From: Escherichia coli
GTDB lineage: Bacteria > Pseudomonadota > Gammaproteobacteria > Enterobacterales > Enterobacteriaceae
Reading direction: 5' to 3' (one strand)
Assembly (NCBI RefSeq): GCF_024502345.1
Contig: NZ_JALDNN010000001.1
Length of the DNA: 64,000 nucleotides
Part shown: positions 39,616 through 45,969 of the stretch, piece by piece
Layout: every line of letters starts with the position of its first letter
Numbering within the stretch: position 1 is the first letter of the stretch
Notes under the pieces: generated by a model
Seen by the model: the letters and a program-made list of their open reading frames with translations, nothing else
Told to the model about the DNA's origin: nothing
The model's database searches: none
Position numbers and translations under genes: made by a program

Positions 39616-40127
39616 GCCTGCGCTATCAGTTCATTGTTATTTTGTTGCTGGTGGCCGTTGCATTCTTCGCGGGTAGTGTATGGAGCAGCCGCGGTTGGGA
39701 AAAGAAGTGGGCCGAGCGTGACAGCGTAGAATCATCGCAAACAGCGAACGCACAGACCGCCGCTCGCATGATTGAACAAGGGCGTATTATTGCCCGTGAT
39801 GAGGCTGTAAAAGATGCACAAGCACAAGCCGCTAAATCCGCTGCCACTGCTGCTGGCCTGTCTGCCACTGTTAACCAGCTGCGTACCGAAGCAACAAAGC
39901 TTGCCACTCGCCTGGACGCCGCAAAGCACACCGCAGATCTTGCCACTGCCGTCAGAAGCAAAACAGCCGGAGCCGACGCCGCAGTGCTCGCCGACATGCT
40001 CGGACGCCTTGCAGAAGAAGCTCGATATTATGCTGAGCGATCTGACGAAAGCTACCGGGCAGGAATGACGTGTGAGCGCATTTACGACTCAGTGAGGCAG
40101 TCAAACAACAACAGGGTTAGAAGATGA
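39612..40127 (+). CDS. Inner-membrane spanin subunit (Rz-like)
   Basis: GTGA overlap with the endolysin stop. N-terminal [23 protein letters not shown], then an Ala/Gln-rich coiled-coil periplasmic domain. Confidence 0.85.
   Translation: MSLRYQFIVILLLVAVAFFAGSVWSSRGWEKKWAERDSVESSQTANAQTAARMIEQGRIIARDEAVKDAQAQAAKSAATAAGLSATVNQLRTEATKLATRLDAAKHTADLATAVRSKTAGADAAVLADMLGRLAEEARYYAERSDESYRAGMTCERIYDSVRQSNNNRVRR
39814..40068 (+). CDS. Outer-membrane lipoprotein spanin subunit (Rz1-like), fully embedded in the +1 frame of Rz
   Basis: 84 aa, lipobox LPLLTSC with Cys23, and a Pro-rich mature part ([19 protein letters not shown]). Same embedded architecture as lambda Rz/Rz1. Confidence 0.8.
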   Translation: MHKHKPLNPLPLLLACLPLLTSCVPKQQSLPLAWTPQSTPQILPLPSEAKQPEPTPQCSPTCSDALQKKLDIMLSDLTKATGQE

Positions 40128-40354
40128 ACGCAGAAAACCTAAGTGAAGCGTATTACCTCAATAACGATATAAAAGAACTACAACTTCAGAAAAGCATACT
40201 GGAAAGTGGTGCCGGACTTGGTGTGACAATCCAGTCTACCTATCAGGATAACGCCTTTCTTGATGCCATACGCCCGCATGCAGTGGCTGAACTTGATCGC
40301 CGTATTGTGGAGAAGAAAAAAAACCTCTCCACTCTGGGTGTTACATTCTCTTAA
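40124..40354 (+). CDS. Hypothetical 76-aa protein translationally coupled to Rz
   Basis: ATGA overlap with the Rz stop. Predicted helical, [29 protein letters not shown]. No family recognised. Confidence 0.5.
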   Translation: MNAENLSEAYYLNNDIKELQLQKSILESGAGLGVTIQSTYQDNAFLDAIRPHAVAELDRRIVEKKKNLSTLGVTFS

Positions 40355-40429
40355 ATGAGAACAACAATAAAAGGTTATGTCTGCTTTGCCACATTCTGAG
40401 AGTATGAGTTTTATTTGGTAGTCAATCAG

Positions 40430-40603
40430 TTACTTTATTGGTTTGCTTTCCGATGGAAGATAGATGTTTCCACAGAAGGGGCAAATTAACGTTATATTGT
40501 TTTTTATTCTCGACAGACTGTGCTTTGACTGGCGGGAGCAATGAGGACAAGTACTTTTCACATGGCGTAAAGTACGCATCTTGATATCTTTGAGTATCGA
40601 CAT
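40430..40603 (-). CDS. Small zinc-ribbon protein (57 aa), not in the ORF track
   Basis: My translation of the minus strand is MSILKDIKMRTLRHVKSTCPHCSRQSKHSLSRIKNNITLICPFCGNIYLPSESKPIK. It has CPHC...CPFC pairs and AGGA about 9 nt upstream. It competes with track ORF 40422-40631, which is in another frame. Confidence 0.45.
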   Translation of the reverse strand: MSILKDIKMRTLRHVKSTCPHCSRQSKHSLSRIKNNITLICPFCGNIYLPSESKPIK

Positions 40604-40738
40604 GTTGATTGTCCTGGTGGGCGGTTAACAACCATACACCACATGTTGGCTAATAGCTTCTTTTATAACCGTTACGATGTAGTCGTTAGCCATAATCAAT
40701 CAAGCCTCGCAATAGCGGGGCTTTTTAACAACTGAGGA

Positions 40739-40942
40739 ATGAGCATTACAGTAGTTCTTACAGCTAAGCAGATTGAAGACCTGGCTGCCTTCGCAAAAGA
40801 AGATGGCCAGCCACAATATACCATCACTACCGGAACAATCCCTGAGTTCGAAGCGGATGATGGCGAGGTTATCCCTGAGTACACCGGGCTGATTGCCTAT
40901 TCCGAGTCGCTAGAGCATAGCGTTCTACAGCTCGATAACTAA
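40739..40942 (+). CDS. Hypothetical acidic 67-aa phage protein
   Basis: RBS tgaggaATG, MSITVVLTAKQIEDLAAFAKEDGQPQYTITTGTIPEFEADDGEVIPEYTGLIAYSESLEHSVLQLDN. A decayed paralogue lies at 42742-42918. Confidence 0.6.
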   Translation: MSITVVLTAKQIEDLAAFAKEDGQPQYTITTGTIPEFEADDGEVIPEYTGLIAYSESLEHSVLQLDN

Positions 40943-40978
40943 CGAATCAACATAACTTTCCATCCGCCATGACACCAC

Positions 40979-41135
40979 AATGCTCGTAGACATGCCAGGA
41001 AGCCTGGCAGAAGAAGCTCGATACCATGCTGAACGCGCTGATGAAAACTACCGAGCAGGAATGACATGTGAGCGGATTTATGAGTCCGTAAAAATACTAA
41101 CAATGAACCGTAGAGGAAAAATAATAGCTCTATAA
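40979..41135 (+). pseudogene. 3' remnant of a second Rz/Rz1 spanin gene pair
   Basis: Roughly 80% identical by eye to 39995-40120. It encodes ...[29 protein letters not shown] versus Rz ...[29 protein letters not shown]. The +1 frame keeps QKKLDTMLNALMKTTEQE* versus Rz1 [18 protein letters not shown]. Confidence 0.8.
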
Positions 41136-41514
41136 ATTAAGATGTTGACGGTTTTCGTGGATAAATTTGTGAATTTTTACTATGAAGGAAATACGACTCT
41201 TCCTTGAGTCAAAATCCCTGACAACTTAGGGTGATAGATAAAGGTCTTACGCAGCATGACATAATTTTCGATTTAAGCTATTTAAATTAATTTTTAAGAT
41301 CAAAACCCACTGAGATTTACTTACAAAACTAAACCTTGCTATGTCTGGTTAATCATGCGTTAATGAATGTCTGGTTTGTAACGAATTTATCTGAAGCAGT
41401 CGCTGTAATAATTTTATTCCTTGTTCCTGTTGAGATTTCCTTGTTAGCTTTTCTCTCTGATAAATTTTTTTCGGACCATTCTGCCCAAGGGCTTACTCAA
41501 TAAAGGTAATGTTT

Positions 41515-41727
41515 ATGTCTAATAAAATGACTGGTTTAGTTAAATGGTTTAATCCTGAAAAAGGTTTTGGTTTTATCACTCCAAAAGATGGTAGTAAAGA
41601 TGTGTTTGTTCACTTCTCTGCTATCCAGAGTAATGATTTCAAGACGTTGAATGAGAATCAGGAAGTTGAATTTAGTGTTGAACAGGGACCTAAAGGCCCC
41701 ACGGCAGTTAATGTCGTGGCTGTATAA
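41515..41727 (+). CDS. cspI: Cold-shock protein, CspI/CspB-like (prophage-borne)
   Basis: 70 aa, [73 protein letters not shown]1 motif KGFGFI, RNP2 motif VFVHF. Nearly identical to the remembered K-12 CspI. A long AT-rich leader lies upstream. Confidence 0.9.
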   Translation: MSNKMTGLVKWFNPEKGFGFITPKDGSKDVFVHFSAIQSNDFKTLNENQEVEFSVEQGPKGPTAVNVVAV

Positions 41728-41926
41728 GGTAACTGTTATTACTAATAATATTCACTTCAGATGTCCGTGTTGCCACGGATCTCAGTACCGAACGTCAAAC
41801 TTTGATGTTACTGAAAAAAATCCTTTCGGAGCAAAATGTATTTTTTGCAAATCAACAATGATTACATTTGATAATATTGCACTGTACATTCGTTCTGGTC
41901 AGTCTTCGTTAGAATTCAGAAAATAA
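41711..41926 (+). CDS. Small zinc-ribbon protein downstream of csp (possibly YmcF/YnfQ-type)
   Basis: An ATG at 41711 overlaps the csp 3' end. Reads ...[39 protein letters not shown] (CPCC...CIFC). Start codon is uncertain. Followed by a strong terminator. Confidence 0.55.
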   Translation: MSWLYKVTVITNNIHFRCPCCHGSQYRTSNFDVTEKNPFGAKCIFCKSTMITFDNIALYIRSGQSSLEFRK

Positions 41927-41931
41927 ATTTC

Positions 41932-41955
41932 AGGCTCCTTATGGAGCCTTTTTTG
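41932..41955 (+). terminator. Rho-independent terminator
   Basis: aggctcc-ttat-ggagcct followed by tttttt. Confidence 0.85.
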
Positions 41956-41999
41956 TATGCTGAACCGACAATCTCTGTAAGAGACATCACGGTAAAATT

Positions 42000-42230
42000 A
42001 TGAAAAAAGTCATCGTTTTTTTTAATGCAGAACCAGCAGTTGTTGTAACCGTAATGAAAGGTATTACTACGATAATGCGTGAGTTTCCCAATGGGGAAAA
42101 AGCACACCTACCCGTGATGTCAGCGGGATTTCCATCTCTGACAGGAGACCATAAAATAGTTTATGTAGCCTCTGATCGTGATGTCAGTTCAGAAGAGATC
42201 CTCGAGGCAGCCTCGAAGCTTTTGAAATGA
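42000..42230 (+). CDS. Hypothetical 76-aa protein
   Basis: ORF MKKVIVFFNAEPAVVVTVMKGITTIMREFPNGEK... with a weak RBS. No family recognised. A stem-loop with a T-rich tail follows (about 42254-42295). Confidence 0.4.
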   Translation: MKKVIVFFNAEPAVVVTVMKGITTIMREFPNGEKAHLPVMSAGFPSLTGDHKIVYVASDRDVSSEEILEAASKLLK

Positions 42231-42434
42231 GATCTGGTTGTTTCGTGACCGACCCGGATTTTAGTACAGTGGTTTGTGTGGTCGCGAGCTCTTTTGCATG
42301 AAGATTGTACTGCAAACTATTGATAATTGAGTCTTTCTATTCTATCTTTTAAACATATCAGCGCTTATACAAGTGCTCTACGGGGAATGTAACATGCCTG
42401 GCGTTGATACGTTAGAGATCAAGAGAGGTAAACA

Positions 42435-42608
42435 ATGAACGTCGAAGATTTAAAAAGAAAAACTGAAGCGGATATTTCTGAATTCATCACAAAAAAAATT
42501 ATTGAACTCAAAAAAAAGACAGGAAAAGAAGTTTCCGATATCCAGTTTAATGCTCGTGAAAAAATGACTGGGCTTGAAAGCTATGATATTAAAATCACAT
42601 TAATCTAA
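42435..42608 (+). CDS. gnsB: GnsA/GnsB-family small protein (57 aa), not in the ORF track
   Basis: My translation is MNVEDLKRKTEADISEFITKKIIELKKKTGKEVSDIQFNAREKMTGLESYDIKITLI*. It closely resembles the remembered K-12 GnsB (...REKMTGLESYDVKIKIM). RBS agagagg. Confidence 0.8.
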   Translation: MNVEDLKRKTEADISEFITKKIIELKKKTGKEVSDIQFNAREKMTGLESYDIKITLI

Positions 42609-42632
42609 TTGTTATAAGACTCAGTTCGAGTG

Positions 42633-42668
42633 AAAAAGCATTATCTTGAAAGGTAATGCTTTTTTATT
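42633..42668 (+). terminator. Rho-independent terminator after the gnsB-like gene
   Basis: aaaaagcatta-tcttgaaagg-taatgcttttt followed by a T-run. Confidence 0.8.
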
Positions 42669-42741
42669 TCTGTCATAAAATTTAGAACGTTGTCAAAGCC
42701 TTCACTTCTAACCACAGATTTTCTGCTTACCTTTTAACGGG

Positions 42742-42918
42742 TCCTCCTTGACGATTCTGACCATCGAGGGGCAGCAGCGGCGCGGGATTTGGAGCATTTT
42801 TGATTCTTCACGCAACCATTTCAGCATTTGATGCTGATGACGGAACACTATCCCCGAATACACTGGGTTTGTTGCATTCTCTGATTCAAAAGAACACGGT
42901 GTGCTTCAACTTGGCTGA
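42742..42918 (+). pseudogene. Decayed paralogue of the 67-aa gene at 40739-40942
   Basis: Three frame segments align to the intact copy: SLTILTIEGQQ vs SITVVLTAKQ, FDADDGTL vs FEADDGEV, and PEYTGFVAFSDSKEHGVLQLG* vs PEYTGLIAYSESLEHSVLQLDN*. There is no start codon and at least two frameshifts. Confidence 0.7.
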
Positions 42919-43011
42919 GCAGGCATTACAGCAGACATTCACTGAGTGCCTGCGACAAAGTTAAATGGCATCAAGCATGCGATGATGATTGATTAATAAT
43001 TGAGCTATGCA

Positions 43012-43020
43012 TGGTATAAT
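43012..43020 (+). promoter_or_regulatory. Extended -10 promoter element (TGgTATAAT) for the downstream zinc-ribbon ORF
   Basis: tggtataat lies 30 nt upstream of the ATG at 43050. A ttgatt at 42989-42994 is 20 bp away, which is too far for an ideal -35. Confidence 0.5.
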
Positions 43021-43049
43021 AAGCCCCATTCATTGAAAGGTTAACCACC

Positions 43050-43214
43050 ATGTCATTTTTCGATTATGCAATGCAGCGTGTTGGGCTTGCAGCCAATACG
43101 ACTGTCATGTGCCCGATATGCGGACATAAATCCACACACTCGACCACGAAAGTACGCCAACAACAGGCGTTACTTTGCCCTAAATGTAAATCGCTGTTTG
43201 TCATTCACAGATAA
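43050..43214 (+). CDS. Small zinc-ribbon protein (54 aa), not in the ORF track
   Basis: My translation is MSFFDYAMQRVGLAANTTVMCPICGHKSTHSTTKVRQQQALLCPKCKSLFVIHR* (CPIC...CPKC). It has its own promoter-like element and two downstream terminators. Track ORF 43066 is the same DNA in another frame. Confidence 0.6.
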   Translation: MSFFDYAMQRVGLAANTTVMCPICGHKSTHSTTKVRQQQALLCPKCKSLFVIHR

Positions 43215-43233
43215 CATGCGACCTGCTGAATAT

Positions 43234-43292
43234 AACCGCCTACGGGCGGTTTTTTATTGCCATCACAAAGGCCACTTTCGAGTGGCTTTTTT
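43234..43292 (+). terminator. Two tandem rho-independent terminators
   Basis: aaccgcc-tacg-ggcggtt followed by tttt (43234-43256), and gccact-ttcg-agtggc followed by tttttt (43271-43292). Confidence 0.8.
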
Positions 43293-43370
43293 AATGGTCA
43301 TCACGACGGGTATTACAGCAGGAATTACTGAGTGCCTGCGATAATGCTCAATATTTTTATCGGAGTGAAT

Positions 43371-43559
43371 ATGCCACCGCGCACACCGAAGGCCGGCCTG
43401 AAAGGGGCGATACAAAAAAGGGAAAAAATGAAAAGACATAAGCGAAATAAAAAAGCCACCACATCTGCAAATGTGATGGCTGGCATTCGGATTAATTCAG
43501 GTTGGCTGAATAAGTTAGCCGCAGATATTACTAAAATAATTAATGAAGCATGTCCCTAA
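43371..43559 (+). CDS. Hypothetical very basic 62-aa protein
   Basis: RBS ggagtgaatATG. MPPRTPKAGLKGAIQKREKMKRHKRNKKATTSANVMAGIRINSGWLNKLAADITKIINEACP, with a Lys/Arg-rich N-half and an amphipathic C-terminal helix. Its 3' end overlaps the convergent gene by 20 nt. Confidence 0.45.
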   Translation: MPPRTPKAGLKGAIQKREKMKRHKRNKKATTSANVMAGIRINSGWLNKLAADITKIINEACP

Positions 43560-43779
43560 TCTCATCTGAGATATCTCTTGGCCCTGCAGGCTGAGGCGCA
43601 ACCAACCGGGTCGGAAGTCTCTCGAAGAAACCACCACCACCATGATGATGAAAACCCCGGTTATTTTTATAACTATTGAAGTTACTGTCGGTAGTGAGAA
43701 GGATGTTGCACTGGTGCGAGCAGTCAACAACAACGACATCACCTGCATTCAGGTGCATTCGTTTGTGAAGAAATTGCAT
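43540..43779 (-). CDS. Hypothetical 79-aa protein, DUF1883-like (tentative)
   Basis: Strong RBS (gataaggagacttATG on the minus strand). MQFLHKRMHLNAGDVVVVDCSHQCNILLTTDSNFNSYKNNRGFHHHGGGGFFERLPTRLVAP... resembles the remembered DUF1883 pattern (HLNxGDxVVVxCSxxCNIxLxxDxNFxxxKNG). It looks shorter than typical family members. Confidence 0.5.
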   Translation of the reverse strand: MQFLHKRMHLNAGDVVVVDCSHQCNILLTTDSNFNSYKNNRGFHHHGGGGFFERLPTRLVAPQPAGPRDISDEIRDMLH

Positions 43780-43947
43780 AAGTCTCCTTATCAAGAGGCA
43801 ATCAGCACTCCTCTCAAGGCTGGTACGCCAACGTCCCACCGCTGACGGGCTGAGCCATTACCTTACCCAGACTCAACGATAAGTAACATCCTGATATTCA
43901 GACAGTAACTGTAATCGATAATGCTGAAGAATAGGCAGTAAATACAG

Positions 43948-44595
43948 GTGACTGATATGGCAACACTGAAGGATTTATCAAACCAGTTAAAGCAACTGCA
44001 AAAGCAAATCCCGTTTGCCACAGCTCAGGCGATGACAAAAGTTGTACGCCAGATTGAGTTGGCTCAGAAGACGGCATTCGAACGACATCTGGAGAGCCCC
44101 ACGCCGTTTACCGTTAAATCAGTTGGTTCGGTGGCGGCAAGAAAGAACAATCTGACCGCAAAGGTTTTTGTCCGTGATACCGCTGCTGGTTATCTGGAAC
44201 CATTCGAGTTTGGCGGAGAGCACAAGCTCAATAGCCAGGCTCTATTAAATCCCAAGAACGTTAAGCTAAACAAATACGGCAACATGCCGCGTAATAAGCT
44301 CTCACAGCTTAAAGCAAAGGAAAATGTATTCGTAGGTGAGGTTGATGGCGTTAACGCTGTCTGGCAGCGTAAGAAGCCGATGAAAGCTAAGAAGCGACGG
44401 GCCAAACGTTCCGCTAACGGGACGCGAAGACCGAAACGCAAACAGCGTTCTCCAAAGCTTTTGATCCGGTTTGGTGATGCGCTACCTGTGACTCCAGTGC
44501 TGGGGTATATGGATAGGGCCCGTACCATGGCGAACGCACTGCTACCGTCTGCTTTAAATCAGGCGATAGCAGAAGCCATCAGGACGGCAAAATAA
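43948..44595 (+). CDS. Phage protein, possibly lambda gpZ / HK97 gp10-like tail-completion family (tentative)
   Basis: 215 aa. N-terminal IPFATAQAMTKVVRQIELAQKTAFERHLESPTPFTVKSV and an internal poly-basic stretch RKKPMKAKKRRAKRSANGTRRPKRKQR recall gpZ-type proteins. GTG start (alternative ATG at 43957). Located upstream of cos, apart from the other structural genes. Confidence 0.4.
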   Translation: MTDMATLKDLSNQLKQLQKQIPFATAQAMTKVVRQIELAQKTAFERHLESPTPFTVKSVGSVAARKNNLTAKVFVRDTAAGYLEPFEFGGEHKLNSQALLNPKNVKLNKYGNMPRNKLSQLKAKENVFVGEVDGVNAVWQRKKPMKAKKRRAKRSANGTRRPKRKQRSPKLLIRFGDALPVTPVLGYMDRARTMANALLPSALNQAIAEAIRTAK

Positions 44596-44632
44596 AAGCA
44601 GTAACTTATAAGTTAATTTCGCAAGCTTTTAT
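44592..44632. terminator. Candidate bidirectional terminator hairpin between convergent genes
   Basis: Outer arms ataaaagc / gcttttat enclose the 14-bp palindrome taacttataagtta (44602-44615). The structure spans both stop codons. Confidence 0.4.
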
Positions 44633-45109
44633 GAAGCTGTTTACTGCAGTTGTCGATCCAGAAACATTGGCTGACATGGAATGCTGGTTTCCGCCATCCT
44701 TTGTTTGCACACCAACTAACACTTTGGATTTCGCCCCCTGAAGCTGCTTAAGCACTGTTTTCAGTTGGTCCGTGTCATCCGATTGAATCTGGAGGCTCTG
44801 AACATTACGTCTTGAAAGGGTAGCATCGAGCTTCACTGCGGTATTCCCGTCGACCTTCATTATCAGGTCCATTGGTACCTCTGATAGTGATTCGGTGCTT
44901 TTATCCATTTCAACGTATGCCGCCGATAGCTTTTCTTTAGTGCAGTCAAACACAATGGCGCCATTGTCGGATGAAACCTCGCCAAGCATCATTGCTTTCT
45001 TACCACCAGAGAAAAGGTCATCTTCAGTATTAGTTACCCACTGGGCATGAGCAATTGGTGATGCCAGCACTGCGGCTACGAAAGTTATTTTGATTATATT
45101 GTTACCCAT
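44606..45109 (-). CDS. Exported (signal-peptide) protein of unknown function, accessory gene on the opposite strand
   Basis: 167 aa from MGNNIIKITFVAAVLASPIAHA|QWV, with RBS aaggagaatgtaATG. Two Cys residues. No family recognised. The track ORF has an 11-codon extension. Confidence 0.65.
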   Translation of the reverse strand: MGNNIIKITFVAAVLASPIAHAQWVTNTEDDLFSGGKKAMMLGEVSSDNGAIVFDCTKEKLSAAYVEMDKSTESLSEVPMDLIMKVDGNTAVKLDATLSRRNVQSLQIQSDDTDQLKTVLKQLQGAKSKVLVGVQTKDGGNQHSMSANVSGSTTAVNSFIKACEINL

Positions 45110-45252
45110 TACATTCTCCTTGTATTGAATAGGAATAATCATAGTCGGAGCGAATGGTCGAAGCCATTAAAAAAATGGGTCCTTCCTGAGACTTTTGTAA
45201 GGCACGGGCATTGCGCGCCGCGGTGTTTTCCTAGCTACAACTTTCAGATTTG

Positions 45253-45400
45253 TGTCCCATGTCCCACCTCTGGCGATCATTACGGACACCTCGCCAGCTC
45301 TGGCTATTCCAGTTTATTCCAGTGGGACATTCTGGTGGGACATGGCAAAAATGTCCCAGGCGAATGTCCCACCCCAGAAAATGTCCCAGGTGATGTCCCA
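45253..45400. promoter_or_regulatory. cosB-like array of eight TGTCCCA heptamers (6 direct, 2 inverted) upstream of the small terminase gene
   Basis: Direct copies at 45253, 45260, 45352, 45365, 45382 and 45394; inverted (tgggaca) at 45323 and 45336. A ~25-bp unit aaaatgtcccagg(c/t)ga(a)tgtccca occurs twice. The last copy abuts the terS ATG. Confidence 0.6.
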
Positions 45401-45969
45401 TGACCACGATGAACCAGAGTCAGTACGCACAACATTCAGGTGTGGATCGCAAAACAATTGGTCGGTGGATTAAAGCCGGGCGCTTCATTGTGATGGACGG
45501 AGACCTGATTGACGTAGAGGCCAGCGATGCGGCATTGAAGAAAAACCGCGATGGCAAAGACCCGCGCGCCTCGAACGCGAAGAAAAAGAAAACTCCCGTC
45601 GTTAGCGATAACGATGATGACGGTGATGAAATCAATAAAACTGTCCGCCAGATAATGCTCACTGAAGGGGCAGATCTTTCGAGAGAGGAAGCGGGACGTA
45701 TCCGCGAGAATTACATGGCCCTGCAGGCAAAGCTGCAGTATGAAAAAGACAGCGGCCAGCTTATTGAGCTGACAGCAGCCGAGGAGGTTTTATTCAACGC
45801 CTTTCGCCAACAGCGTGATGCCTGGCTTAACTGGCCGTCCAGGGTGGCGCCGCTAATGGCTGCTGATCTGGATGTACCGGCGGACAGGATGACAGAGGTG
45901 CTGATTGAACATGTCCACAAACACATCTCAGTCCTCGGAGAGCCAGAGTTTAACCCGGCAGAAGATTGA
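45400..45969 (+). CDS. Terminase small subunit (Nu1-like, N-terminal winged HTH)
   Basis: 189 aa. MTTMNQSQYAQHSGVDRKTIGRWIKAGRF has an HTH like lambda Nu1 (KKQLADIFGASIRTIQNWQEQG). Sits directly upstream of the GpA-type large subunit. Confidence 0.8.
   Translation: MTTMNQSQYAQHSGVDRKTIGRWIKAGRFIVMDGDLIDVEASDAALKKNRDGKDPRASNAKKKKTPVVSDNDDDGDEINKTVRQIMLTEGADLSREEAGRIRENYMALQAKLQYEKDSGQLIELTAAEEVLFNAFRQQRDAWLNWPSRVAPLMAADLDVPADRMTEVLIEHVHKHISVLGEPEFNPAED

Noticed and set aside
40422-40631. 69-aa minus-strand track ORF (MLTAHQDNQHVDTQRYQ...)
   Set aside because: It overlaps, in another frame, a 57-aa ORF with two CxxC pairs and an AGGA upstream. The zinc-ribbon reading looks more protein-like. 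Neither is proven, so only the zinc-ribbon frame is listed, at modest confidence.
42394-42438. 14-codon mini-ORF (MPGVDTLEIKRGKQ*) ending in an ATGA overlap with the gnsB-like start, a possible leader peptide
   Set aside because: It is too short to evaluate, and the ATGA overlap could be chance in AT-rich DNA. I have no recollection of a leader peptide for gnsA/gnsB.
45125-45473. Track ORFs of 92 aa and 73 aa spanning the region upstream of terS
   Set aside because: Their sequences (…MSQANVPPQKMSQVMSH…, …NVPGECPTPENVPGDVP) are simply the TGTCCCA heptamer array translated. The region is better explained as a terminase-binding (cosB-like) site.
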